A stretch of DNA of 49,483 bases, filler included, from Jimgerdemannia flammicorona (Eukaryota): NCBI GenBank assembly GCA_003990765.1. It is 2 parts of 2 records of this genome, joined end to end, with 100 filler letters (N's around TTAATTAATTAA, not from the genome) between each part and the next. Parts side by side here need not be neighbours in the genome. Positions count along the whole stretch, not along the records: positions 1 to 24,698 come from RBNJ01000938.1; positions 24,799 to 49,483 come from RBNJ01000939.1. One strand, written 5' to 3'. The notes under the pieces are model-generated. The model saw nothing but the letters and a program-made list of their open reading frames with translations, was not told where the DNA came from and searched no databases. The position numbers and the translations under genes were made by a program. The stretch's first letter is position 1. Every line of letters begins with the position of its first letter. This document shows, piece by piece, positions 13,017-25,189 of this stretch.

Positions 13017-14597
13017 TAATTGTTTTCCTTTGAAGATTCGGGATAAGAGTCGAGGTGCCAGGGGTAACATCTGCGTCTGCTCGGATGATGTTACGAGGGT
13101 GTTTGGTTCAGTACGAGAGCTAGAGAGCATTCTGTATCTGTAAATCCGACGTCAATTTACCCGCTTGCAACGCCCTATGTTACATGACGACGCAAATGCC
13201 GTATCTATTTCCCATCTGCCCCGAATATCCCTGCTCCGTCCGGCAAAATTACCTTCCCGAGACACATAGCTCCGCTCTTCGATCGTTCGTCCATAGCGTT
13301 GCGGAAACAAGGACACAGACCGTAATCCTCGCGCGCGTCGGAAAATCACTTCGAAAGACCGTATCCAGTCATGACCACGGTCGCTGAATCACAGAAAACG
13401 AAACGCGCTGGGAATAACTAATCCAGCTCCGGATTCAGGAAATTCGGGAAAGCGCCCTGGTCAGGTGAAGGTTAATATGGAAAGGTGTTATTAGCTTGGC
13501 ATAAGGAGGGATGGCAAATGGGTTTGAAGTAGAATTTTGCAATTGTTACTCACCTTAGGGCTGTCGCTTCAAGGAGTCAAACAACCTCCGAGATTCTTCG
13601 ACAGAAGGAATGCTAGTCTACCTTCACCAACGGAACGCCTTCTCCCTGATCCCAGTGCGTATATACGGTGGCAGTATGAAGATGGCCTGACTTGTGGAAC
13701 AGCGCTACCATTTAAATTTTTTGTGTATCTTTTTTTTGGATTGTTTTTTGGAGAAATAACTGGGCCATAGGTTGGATATCTGTGACTTAATCCAGCTACG
13801 TCATCCAAAATCAATTTAAAAAAAGAACTGGAGGCGGTTAAGTTCCAATAATCAATCTAAATTTGAAATTTGTATTGAAACCCGGTCATTTCTCGGCGAC
13901 ACGTCGTCGTCAGATATTGCATGTTAGAACGGCAGTTCAAGCTCACAGAAATCCGACGTGCAGCAGCAATATTTCTTCGGAGGCACCTGCAAGGTAATTC
14001 GAAAGCGATATCATATTTCAGCGTCACTTGCGATAAAAATATAAAAGAAGTTTTCCGTATCAACCTCCTTTGGATGGAGTGTGTTGGGGTCGGGTCGAGT
14101 TTCAAGATTTCAAATCGTTTAAGCATCGAGAAACGTAATTGATCAAGTCCTCTTATGTGCATTATAATTGCGTTCGTGAATGCAAAAAATAAATAAAATG
14201 AAATAAAAAACCCCGGTGTATTCGTTAGCTCGAATTGTGTATATGGAAGAGAATTATAAACCTCTTTAATTACCGGCGGATTTGTTTTATGTTTTAATTC
14301 TTAATGGTAATTTTACGGACGATAATACTGTCAACCGATTCCGTCTTCAATGGTGGCGGAGCTCAACTCCGCTGATTTCACATGTTTGTTTTCATTTCAT
14401 TTATTACCGAAATTTACAAACACGAGAGGTTTTTGCCTCCCGAAAATAAAATAGAAAACCTCGTAGGCGCGATGTCGTTAACGATATAATATATATACAT
14501 GACGCAATGAAAAATCGCGCTAACTAAGCCCTTCAAAACCTCGCCAACACGCCAAAACATCGACCATTGCACCCTTGACGACTGTTTGCTGGGTAGA

Positions 14598-14936
14598 TCA
14601 ATGGTCGTCGTCGTCGCAAGGGTCGTCGCAAGGGTCGTCGCAAGGGTCGTCGCAAGGGTCGTCGCAAGGGTCATCGCAAGGGTCGTCGCAAGGGTCGTCG
14701 CAAGGGTCGTGGTGATGGCAGTCGCAATCGTCGTCATGGTCGCAATCTTTTGTGGACTTCTTTCCCCCCTTCTTCTTCTTCTTCTTCACATCGCTTTTAT
14801 GAACGTGAGGCGCAGGATCTCCTCTGCGTGCGAGGGCGGCACCAGCCTTGTGGCGGATGGGGATTGGGGTGGACACGACAACAGTGGCGAGCATCGCCAG
14901 AAGGACGAAGAGGACGAGGGCGTTGGAAGGTTTCAT
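14598..14936 (-). CDS. Small secreted protein, 112 aa: signal peptide, dibasic (RR) site, Lys-rich tract, Asp/Cys/His-rich (DPCD)8 tail
   Basis: ATG at 14936: MKPSNALVLFVLLAMLATVVVS|TPIP...ARR...KKKKKKGGKK...DCDHDDDCDCHHH(DPCD)8DDDH*; intronless; TATA box upstream; CpG-rich context. Confidence 0.85.
   Translation of the reverse strand: MKPSNALVLFVLLAMLATVVVSTPIPIRHKAGAALARRGDPAPHVHKSDVKKKKKKGGKKSTKDCDHDDDCDCHHHDPCDDPCDDPCDDPCDDPCDDPCDDPCDDPCDDDDH
14613..14708 (-). repeat. 12-bp coding tandem repeat x8 (GACCCTTGCGAC)
   Basis: Eight gtcgcaagggtc units on + strand, with one synonymous variant. Confidence 0.95.
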
Positions 14937-15021
14937 GTCGATGGAGATGAGAGAGTAGGAGGGTATGAGATTATGTGTTGGGCTGATGAGGCTGTTGGTC
15001 AATGAGTGCTGACGATGTGTG

Positions 15022-15029
15022 CTTTTATA
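15022..15029 (-). promoter_or_regulatory. TATA box of the secreted-protein gene
   Basis: TATAAAAG ~86-93 bp upstream of ATG, followed by a C/A-rich leader. Confidence 0.6.
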
Positions 15030-16125
15030 CACGAAATTTGGGCGGATGGCATGTCTGGCGGTAGCTCGACTTGTTTTTGGTATTGTCCACAAGAGCCCAT
15101 TACGGTCTGAATTTTTTTAAAGAGCATTGTTATTTTTGGGTGCATTGATCAAGCGCTTAGGCAGCAAGATTTAATTTTAATTTTATCGTAAATAATACCC
15201 ATTCATAATTATATCGCAAAAAATACACACGTCCCACCTCACCTTCACTTGTTAGTAGTCCGATCTTATTTTAGATCATACAGGTCGACGGTCCAGGTTG
15301 ACAAGCAACCCATGTACTATGGGACACAATTCAAATAGATGTAAACAAACTTATAAAAAGATCACAACATACAGATGTAAAATATTAAAAAAAGAATAAA
15401 ATATTCACTAGATACTAAGCATGCAACAATGCACGTGACAATACATGCGGCAATGGACAATAAAGCAAGCAAAAAAAGTACATAACAAAGTCAATTAAAC
15501 AAACGGATCTTCTCACTATGTCTATGCACATATTCATTGTCGGCGGCCCTTCTTCAACACATAGTATGCCACGCCGACTTCAATATTTAGTAGATGTAGG
15601 TGGTTACCTTACAAAATACGTGTATATATATATACCAAATTAGGATCAAATAAAACGTCACATATTTCAACCTATTTGATTGGGTCCCATAGTTAAACGC
15701 CCAGTTCGAATGCCTGGGTACCTCTATTTATAGATGCAAAGCGCCCACCACCAGTCCAGTTGGCATGTGGTGCGTACTGATATTTCGACTGGCAAAAAAA
15801 AAAAAAAAGAGTTCGCAGGCGACACCTGAAACGGAACGGAACCGTTAAAAAATGTTCCGCTGACCACTTGAGAGTTAAATAAAAATGCGAAAACCGTCAC
15901 TTAAAAATTCTTTCGAGCTGCGCCCTTGGGTGGCTGACGGGAATGGCGTCGATCTCTCAAGTGGATATAATGAATCATTCGGATATTCCGTACCAACTTG
16001 AAAGTTGATTACATGCATGCCCTTTCACAGGATGTATTGAATCGTGTACCGTGATAGTTGGCGATCAATTTTATATACTGGCACATATCCTCATTTTACC
16101 TCAAACGATGGAAATTTCTCACTAC

Positions 16126-16690
16126 TGTAACGTGCCAGCTCAATAGAGGCAAATTACAAGGTGGGGCAGCTATGCGAATTGGCTTGGGCCCCCAGTTACT
16201 TTGTTGAAAAGTAACAAAATGTTCAATGATTTATCTCAGACAGAATATCTCTAAGTTGGCAAAGTTCTCTCCTTAGAACTTTGATAGTAAATCTTCAGGC
16301 TCAGTCTGATAAGTATATCCAAAAGGGAAATATCTTAGACAGATAGAGTTCTTCCTTAAAGCTCTGGCAGCAAGTCTTCTGGCTTAATCTGGAAAGCAGA
16401 CCAAAAATGGCAGACTTCTTTGTATCAGAAAGTGGACTGGAGTGGAATCAGACATTAATGCTCACAATCTCCTTAATAGTAGCTTTAGAGTAGATATTTC
16501 TCTTAAGTATTGTAATCCTTTCTTAATTAAGTGGTTTTTGGCAGACATATCTCTTGAAGTATATAAGGCAGATTTGTCTTTTGCTTTTAACTTGGATTTC
16601 AGACTGAGGTTTATTCACTTGAATCTCTGGAATATTTTATATAAGTATAGTTGCTATCTGATTATTATCTGGATAATTATAAAATATATA
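16126..16690 (-). mobile_element. LTR (probably solo) related to that at 8497; far boundary approximate
   Basis: Starts TGTAACG exactly where CpG-rich DNA ends; aligns with 8497-9170. Confidence 0.65.
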
Positions 16691-16994
16691 TATAATATAA
16701 TAAGTCAGCAGAGAAATATACCAAGTTATCATCCAAATTAGTCTATAATTTAGCCATATACCATATCAGATATACTAGGTAACCAAAACTACTCTACTTT
16801 ATCAGATTAGAGTTTAGATATCATGAGTTATTGATAATATGACTGGATGTTTGGAATGACAAAAGGTGAAAGAATATATATTATAAATTCTGGCATACTG
16901 ACAATTATTCTGGTATTTTTGGCTAAGTTTTCTGGTAAGTTTTGCAGGTTCTCTATATTTTCTGTCAGTATTCTGATATTTCCTAAGTTTTGGC

Positions 16995-17554
16995 TAGTGC
17001 TTCTAATGAGTCAATTTAATCCAGATTGGATTCAGATTAATTCAGATTGAATCTCATCCAGATCAACTTAGATGAGATTTAAATCCCATCCAGATGGATT
17101 CAAATCAACCATTGTTTTGATTTCCAAATTAGACAATTAAATGTTTACATCAATAACTTAATAAATAATTATCCAAATTTGATAATCTTGGTGTCATTTG
17201 AAAGCCCTTAATAAGGCCTATCTAATAATATTAAGAAAATTGAAATTGGATCATACGTTGCTGAGTTATTAAGGAAAACATCTGTCAATTTGCCCATTTT
17301 GGAAATTTTATCAAATAGAACATTTTTCTTAATATCTCAGTAATTTGTGATCCAATTTTAATATTCTTGGTATCATTAGAAAGGCCTTATTAAGGACATT
17401 CAAATGACACCAAGATTATCAAATTTGGATGATTATTCATTGAGTTATTGATGTAAACATTTAATTATCTAATTTGGAAATCAAAACAATGGTTGATTTG
17501 AATCCATCTGGATGGGATTCAAATCCCATCTAGATTGACTCATTTGGAGCACTA
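16995..17554. mobile_element. Complete hAT-type MITE, 560 bp, long inverted arms, 8-bp TSD
   Basis: Termini TAGTGCTTCTAATGAGTCAAT...ATTGACTCATTTGGAGCACTA; TSD GTTTTGGC at 16987-16994 and 17555-17562. Confidence 0.92.
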
Positions 17555-18270
17555 GTTTTGGCAGTCATTTTCTTACTTGGCTGTGGCAGCATTTTAACTG
17601 ACTGAAGTTTTGTGATGATTTTCCAAAGCAATATTAACTGGCAATTAATTCATATCTTGAATAAAATGGTCTTGACTTATATCTTGAGTTTCCTGACAGC
17701 ATTCTGATATTTTCCATAGTCCTGTATCTTGAATTCTGTAATAATTTTTGAGATATATAGCAGCAAAATGGCAAGAGTGATTTATCTTCTCAATTTCTAA
17801 GCTTCATGCTCCAGATAGATATATTGATCTCTAGAACTATTCATTCTCTCAGAGGCAGTGTGTTTTTCTGTAAACTTTCTTTTTACTTCAAACTAAAACT
17901 GACTGTCTTATATCTTGAACATATAGTCTTGTTTTTCCAATTTCTGTGGCAGTCTATAATAAGAGAAATTCTTTAAACTCAAACCTCAAGTGATCATTGC
18001 TCTAGTTATCTTATTTGTTTCTTAGAATTATTTTCATCTCTTAAAGATAGTGGGTTTCTTTATAATCCTTTTTACTTCAAACTCAAGCTAACTGAGATTT
18101 ATTCACTCAAGTTGAGGAGGTATTTATACAAATTTCAGACTAGATATAAGATTATATAATTGGTTGTAACTCACAGTTACTAGAAAATACTATTTAGTAC
18201 ACTTTTGGAAATCAAGTGACTAACTAGCTAGATAAGACTAATTTTATATTTGTGATGAATTTAACTAGTT

Positions 18271-18420
18271 AATAGATAGTTACTGTTTGTATAACTAACT
18301 AACTTACTCAAATTTGACTAGTTAGGTAGTTACTGTTTATACAACTAACTAACTTACTCAAATTTGGCTAGTTAGATAGTCACTGTTTGTGCAACTAACT
18401 AACTTACTCAAATTTGGCTA
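18271..18420. repeat. 50-bp tandem repeat x3
   Basis: gttagatagtyactgtttgtrcaactaactaacttactcaaatttggcta at 18271, 18321, 18371. Confidence 0.9.
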
Positions 18421-18995
18421 ATAGAGCTATCTTTATGCAACTTGAAGTTCAATATGACTGAGATTATATCATCCTTATCTTCCTCCTCATTTTCTTCAAA
18501 GAGTCTGGCCAAATTATTTTCTGCATTCTCTACAATTATGCTGAGATTAGTAATGAGTTCTGTAGATAATAAAAGAGGACTTATATACTCCTCCAGAAGG
18601 TTGTCAAGGTCTTCTTCCTATGAAATAAGTAGTTTACTCTGCTCTGGTTCTTGAGATATCTAATCAATAGTATTATCATCTACAAAGTAGGATATACATA
18701 TCTGTGGAATTCTGAGAGTAGCAGACTCTCAGAGGAGGATCTTGGAACGATATAATCAGACCTTAAAGGAACTGATCTGGGGTATTTTCTAAGATAGGGT
18801 TCCAAAGATCTTGAACCTTATCACTCTTGACTATAATAGTAGACTGGGCTTCTTCTGCAATCATTTCTTCAAGATGGTCTGTAGAGTGGCTTGTCTGTTC
18901 TTAAATATCTGAAATCTTGATATATTCTAAGTTAAGAATGGCCCAGAGTGCATGTCTGAAGATCTGGAAGATTCTCTTGGCTACCTTCTGTTCAT

Positions 18996-21900
18996 ATGCA
19001 TGTAGAGAGAGGTTATAGATTGGAGATGGGGGCTTTTGGAGAGTTGAAGAGTGGCAAAGGCTCTGGAGGAGAACCAGTATCAGGTGGATCTGGGGGAAGG
19101 CCTAGTCCCTCTAGCTTTGCCAATAAGATGAGGGTGAGTGGATGGCCTGCTGGAACCAGGGCTGGTGCTGCTGAGGAGAAGGGCAAGACTAGTGTCGAGA
19201 GGGGGGGTGGTCCTCAGGTGGGAGATGTGAGCATAGGGGCTGGAGGGGCTGTGGCTGGGAGTGTGACTGTTGATGAGAGTGTGATGGAGAATCAGGAAAA
19301 AAAAAGAGATATGATGGCTGATGGCCAGGTGGGGCGGGGTCCCCAATGTAGAAGGGGGACCTGGCAGATAGTGTAATAGGGCTGGCAGTAGCCCTGTTGC
19401 TCAAGAAGTCGATCTCAGAGTTTGCAGCTACCTTGTACTTCTGGGGCTTGGCAGTGACAGCGAGGATGGTCCTGGGGCTTATTTCAAAGCAGGTGGCTGA
19501 GGTAGCCTCAGTGAAGTTCCAGAGGGGCCTGGAGGGGGTTGAGGTGGGCTTTGAGGAGGTGGGCCCATTGGACGAGGCCCTGAAGACTAAAGTAGTGGTT
19601 GAAGAAGTGGTGGTCCCCATGGTGCAGTGCTTGAGGTGGAACCCCAGGGTGGTATAGCTTCTGATGAAGGGGGTGCTTATGGTGACAAAGGAGGAGACTA
19701 GGAGGAGAGTGGAGGAGGTGATGGTAGAGTATGGTGATGTTATGAATATTGGCTTCTAGATGTGGAAGGGGACAACATTTAGGACAGGCGACATTGATAT
19801 CAGAATTCAGCTGGCAGAGAAGGAGGCCACAGGGAAGATGAGTGACTGGCCCTCAGTACTGAAGTGGGGGGCTTGTATCTATAAGGTGTTGAGGGTGAAA
19901 GAGAGTGAAGAGGAGGAGGAGGACTTGTTAGAGGCTCTAGAGGAGTTGAGTGGTGCTGTGGAGAGGAGGGCAAAAGCCTGGAAGCTATTTGAAGAGTTGA
20001 TACATCTGGAGGTCATGGATGGGAAGTGTATCTGTACTGACAGGAGGCAGTGGGAGTGGGCCCAGAGGCGCAAGAGGCAGAGGGAACTTTTGGTAAGTAT
20101 GAAAGGAGGGATGAAGAAGAAGTTGGTTGGGACTGAGGAGTCTGGAGGTATTGAAGCCAGTGTCTGGACTAGTAAAGGAGGAGAGGAGGTGGAGGCAAAC
20201 AAGAAAGAGGCTGGGAAGGCACTGGGTAAGGATCTCTATGCTGACAGTACCTTCAAAGTTTGGGAGCAGGAGGTGGATAGCACTTCTCCCTTACCTATCA
20301 GGAGGGGCCCAGTTGGGAAGAGAGGAGCAGTAGAGGATATGCTGATGCAGGAGGCCCACAAGTTCACTTTGGAGTCCCAGATATGGCAAAAAGATGGTGG
20401 TGGTTAGTGAGGATGAGCTGGTGGATGTCTCAGAGGAGGAGTGGGATGAGGATGCCAGTATGGGAGCAGATACCATGATACTGGATGCAGGGCAGCCAGG
20501 GACTCCTGGAGGGAGAGAGGTGGGGAACTTACTGTAGATGAGCAAGGTGATGGATAACCTCATGGCAGAGGAGTTGGGAGAAGTTGACTTGCATGTGATG
20601 CTGGAGGAGCATTGGGCATAGATTCTGCATGGGGATGGGGTGGTGGAGGCATTGAAGGCAGAGATACTTGTGATTTTCAAGGAGGAGGAGAGATATGTGG
20701 TGGATGAGGTGAGGGAGACTGAGTTAGTGATCATTGCTGATGAGCAGGCTGCCTATTGTTGGGCAGAGCATCATGGGTTGCAACTCTGGCAGGAGGCATG
20801 CCTGAAATACCAGGAGGATTTTGAGGAAAAGGAGGATGGGGTGATAGTGGAACTTCTGGCTAGGTTGGAGGCAAAGGTGACTAAAGAGAAGGTACTGGCT
20901 ACCAAACATAACTTGGACTTGGCACAGGAGGAGCTGAATGCAGATTTATAGAGGGCATGATTGATAACCAACATTATTCCTTATAAATAGTATAACTAGC
21001 ATTTTTTCTCTAAATGTAAATGGGCTACAGGGATCAGGGCAGCATAGGATTATTTTTACTTAACTTAAGAGATTGGAGGCTGATCTCTTTTTACTGCAGG
21101 ATGTGTGGTGTGAGGATGAGAAAGATCAAGTAGAGTGGACTAGAGAATGGGAAGGGGCTACTGCTTAAAATAGCGAAGTGGCGATTCTGGTGAGGAAGGG
21201 TAGAGAAGACTTGGGCAGAATTCAGAACTGGGGAGACTATTTGGTCTGGAGAGTTTGGCACTGATCTGGGTGGGAATTGGTGAGGGTTGGCTCCTGCTAT
21301 TGTAGTTAGGGGTGAGCAGATTGAGTAGATTAGGGATCTATTGGAAGAGGGTGTTTTCTTGGAGGAAGGTGTTGATGTCCTAGGAGGTGACTTTAATATG
21401 GTGCAGGATCCATGGCTGGATAGAACTGATGAAAGAAGGAGTGCAGGTGAGAGGAGTGGTGGACTGCATAAGTGGGAGAAGGTGGAGAACCTTAACTCCT
21501 TAGGAGATGTGGGCAGAACACAGTGGGGTAACAGGAGAATCTATACATACTGAGTAAATGTACTGGGTACAAGAATTGACTGAATTCTGACAGCTGAATG
21601 TTGGAGTGCTGATGTTTGGAGGACTCTGGAGGTAGAGTAGTGCCCTTGGTCTGATCACTGGAGGCTAGTGGGGCAGGGACAGTTTGGGGGGAGTGGAGAT
21701 GGACCCAGACATTTGTGCCTTAACTTCTCCCTGCTGGCTGAGAAGGGGTTGTGGGACCCATGGGTGGAGGATGTCCAAGTGAAGATCACCACCTGGATAC
21801 ATGAGGGATCATCTGTGGGTGTCTGATGGATGAAGTTGAAGGAGGCTGTGAGAGTTTATTAGAGAGGAGCTGGTAGGGAGGCTGGGAGGCAGAGAAGAAA

Positions 21901-24698
21901 GTGAGTACAGTGTACTTCTAATAGACTGATTAGATTGCAGATAGAGTGGGCTGAGTTGCTTCATTCTGAAGGGGAGGAGGATTGGAGGTTGGAATGGGTG
22001 AAATTGGAGACAATTGAGTTGCAACAAATATTATGAGAAGAGGAAGAGATTTGTATGAAAGGAATGGCTGCCAGACTATAGTGGCAGGGGCTTGAGGAGT
22101 GGGAGCAGCCCACTAGGTATCTATCAAGGCTTCTCTAAGCTAAGAGGATACACCACCAATGGGAGGGGGTCTTGGATACTGAGGGTGATATGGTGCATGG
22201 CACACAGCAGATCTTGGGAGTACTGAAGGAAAAATGGAGGAGTCTGTGGAGTGAGGAGGAAGGGGGGACTGATGGAGAGGCAATTGAAGATACACTGGAG
22301 GAGTGGATGCCACCGCAAGTAGAAGGACTGGGGAATTTGATCTTACTAGTCCAAGAGGAGAAGATCCAGAGAGTCCTTGTAGCAACTAAGCTGGGGACAG
22401 TGCCAGGAGAGGATGGGTTATCTTGGGACTTCTGAAAGAAGATAGTGAAGGTTCCTGGTATATTAGGAGAGATGGCTGCCCTCTATGACCATGTTCTTCT
22501 GAATGACGAGTGGTTGGCAAGCAGGACTTGGGGCTGGTGACCTTATTATTCAAAGATAAGGAGAGGAGGGAGGACTTGAAGAACTGGAGACTGATCATGC
22601 TTCTGGATATGGACAGAAAGATGGTGACTAAGGTGATTGTTGTGAGGCTACAGAAGGTTGCCCAACAGGTTCTGAGTGAGGAGCAGCAAGACTTTGTGGG
22701 AGGCAGGCTTATTAGAGATGGGACTGCCTGGGTGCACAGCATCATTGAGAGGGCCCGGGCTTGCAGACTGGATGATAGACTGGTCTTTTTGGACCAGGAG
22801 AAGGCCTATGACTGTGTTCAGCAGGTATGGCTAGGCAAGGTGCTGGATAGAATTGGTGTTCCCCCAAGGATTCAGGCTGCTATGCTGAATTTGTTGGAGG
22901 GCAGTAGGGCAGTGCTGTTGTGTAATAGTCACCAGAGTTTGGCATTTCCTTTGGGAAGAGAAGTTCCTCAGGGAGACCCACTGTCTCCTATCCTTTATGC
23001 CCTTTCTTTGGAATCTTTGATGAATAGGATATGTCAGAGAGTGGCAGGGCTCTCTATGTATGGTGTGGTGTGGAAGGTGGGGGCCTTTGTGGATGATATG
23101 GTAGTTGGACTTAGATTGGTAGCAGACATTGAGGTACTCAAGAAGACAGTGGAATGGTATGAGGCACACTCTGGGGTAAAACTCAACTGGTATAAGTGTG
23201 AGACTATAGTCTTAGGGAATGAGGAGATGTCATTGGAACAATTGTCCCCACAGGAGAGGTAGTGTGGTATTTGGGCATCTTCCTTTCAGTATATAGATCT
23301 GTCTTGCCACAAGTGTGGTGGGAGAGGAGAGTGGCCATCTGGAGAGAGGCTCTTAGAGATTGGGGGGGTCACCACAACTCTCTGGCTAGACAGATATCGA
23401 TTCTGAATGTCTACTGGTTCTCCAAGCTATAGTATATGGCCTATCACTTAGATTTCCCAGCTTAGGTAGTGAAGCAACTGACAAAACTGGCTAGAGATTG
23501 GATTTGGGCAGAGAGGAGGTCCCAGATCAGTTGGGATACACTTGTAACATTGGTGGTTAGGGGAGGACTAGGCCTTGTGGATTTCTCTAAGTGGCTGCAC
23601 TGCCTACGAGCTTAGTGGTTGAAAAGGGCTATTGAACTGCAGGGAGGAGATTAGTTACCACTGCTGCAGAAGGTGTGGGAGGTGAGATTCTCCCCTCGGG
23701 AGTTCTCAGGAGATTTGCTCTCTCTGGTGGGCCTGACTGGAAGCTGATAGTTTCAGTATAAGGACTTCTGGTAGGGGGTGGTAGATGGAGCTCACCGGAT
23801 AGGACTGTGCTAGTGAGGCAATGAGGGGGAGGTGCTATGGGGTCCAGCTATGTGGCGATGGGACAGACTCCTTCTGGGGGGTGTTCTGCTTGCTGAGTTT
23901 GATATTAGTAATGGAGTGGAGTATCAGTGGGGTCTTGGTCAGGATATTTGGCCAAGTAGTTGGCAGGCTGTAGAGGTTGGTGAGGAGTGGGACTGAGCAG
24001 GTGTCTGGTTGTAGAGTGCTGAGGTATGGTAGTGGCTTCCTCCTAAGTTCTGGGTGGTATAGTGGCAGTTGTTGAGGAGGAATGTCATATTGAATTTCCG
24101 GGCTGGACATCTGGTGGAGGGTGGCCATTTTGATTGTAAGGAGTGTTATAATGTAGGGCAAGTTGGGGGATTTGTGCAAACACCTGAATATTGGCTGGGA
24201 GAGTGTGAGGTTCTGGGGGACTTTTGGATAGCAGTAGGGAATCAACTGAGTGGTGAAAGGAGACCAGATAGAGAGAGAGGTCACTGGGAGGATCTGAAAT
24301 CTCAGCTAGTGAGTGGTGTAGGCAATAGTTGGTTCACTGTGGGTGGGTATTAGTAGTGTGGATAGGGCTGGCTGGACATTGGCTCTTTGTTTTTGAGGAG
24401 GAGTGATAGATGGGTTTATAGGAGAAGTTGCTAAGATGGGAGAGGTTGATGGGGGATCTGCTGACTGAGTGGTGGGTGGGTTGGGGTCCCCAGAGTGGTA
24501 AATGTCATTGCCTGGTAGAAGGAATCTTTAAACAGAGTGGTGGGCAGGTAGAGATGGTATTAGACAAAGTGGTCTTTCATCAAGTGGGGTGGATAGGAGA
24601 GACCCCTCTAGGGGGATTGGATAGGGTTGGGCATTGTGTATTATTTAGATGATAGATGGTATTTTAATAAAGAGAGAAGTCCAAGTAACTATAAAAAA
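18996..24698 (+). mobile_element. Near full-length degenerate L1/Tx1-like LINE (ORF1 ~19000-20960, ORF2 ~20983-24652, poly(A))
   Basis: ORF1 has Tx1-like segment (EYGDVMNI..WKGTTFRTGDIDIRIQL..WPSVLKW); ORF2 has GGDFN, SDH, PGEDG, FLDQEKAYD, PQGDPLSP, FVDD; ORF2 ATG mutated to ATA at 20983; AATAAA and A-tail at 3' end; 5' boundary approximate. Confidence 0.92.
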
Positions 24699-24798
24699 NN
24701 NNNNNNNNNNNNNNNNNNNNNNNNNNNNNNNNNNNNNNNNNNTTAATTAATTAANNNNNNNNNNNNNNNNNNNNNNNNNNNNNNNNNNNNNNNNNNNN
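24699..24798. other. Assembly gap/linker: 44 N + TTAATTAATTAA + 44 N
   Basis: Six-frame-stop 12-mer centred in an exact 100-bp N block. Confidence 0.95.
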
Positions 24799-25189
24799 AA
24801 AAAAACTAGACGACGGGTAGCGCTGCCAAAAAAATAAAAAAAATAAAATAAAATAAACAGAAATTCTCTTAGATTACACCGCTTCCCACAAAACTAAACG
24901 GCGCACCACCTGGGATATTTATCGTGGTGTTAAATCTATTAGCTTGCGCACAAGGCGTGTTGTTAACCACGTTTAAATCCCCCGCCTCACTACTCTGATG
25001 ATATAGATCAAGAAGGAGGGTGGATGGGAGCAGAAAAACTGTGCGGGACAGACTGAGTGAAAAGAGATGAAAAATTGCACATATGCTATAATGATTGCTT
25101 AATCGAGTAATGGCGTGTCTCTAACGTACCATCCCTACCAGGATCGCCTCCATATCGTGGGTTCTTGACCACGTGGGTTTATTGAAGGG

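Noticed and set aside
14354..14374. GCGGAG-CTCAA-CTCCGC hairpin as Helitron end or terminator
   Set aside because: No CTRR end at the expected distance; short stem could be chance
14598..14936. Classical Kex2-processed repeat (KEP/dikaritin) RiPP precursor
   Set aside because: Repeats are not separated by dibasic sites and no tailoring enzyme gene is visible nearby
14414..15005. ORFs reading (VARV)n on + and (TTLA)n on -
   Set aside because: Alternative frames of the 12-bp repeat; only the DPCD frame has ATG, signal peptide and TATA box
18420..18990. Possible retroelement coding relic
   Set aside because: CpG-depleted and coding-like, but no motif could be identified
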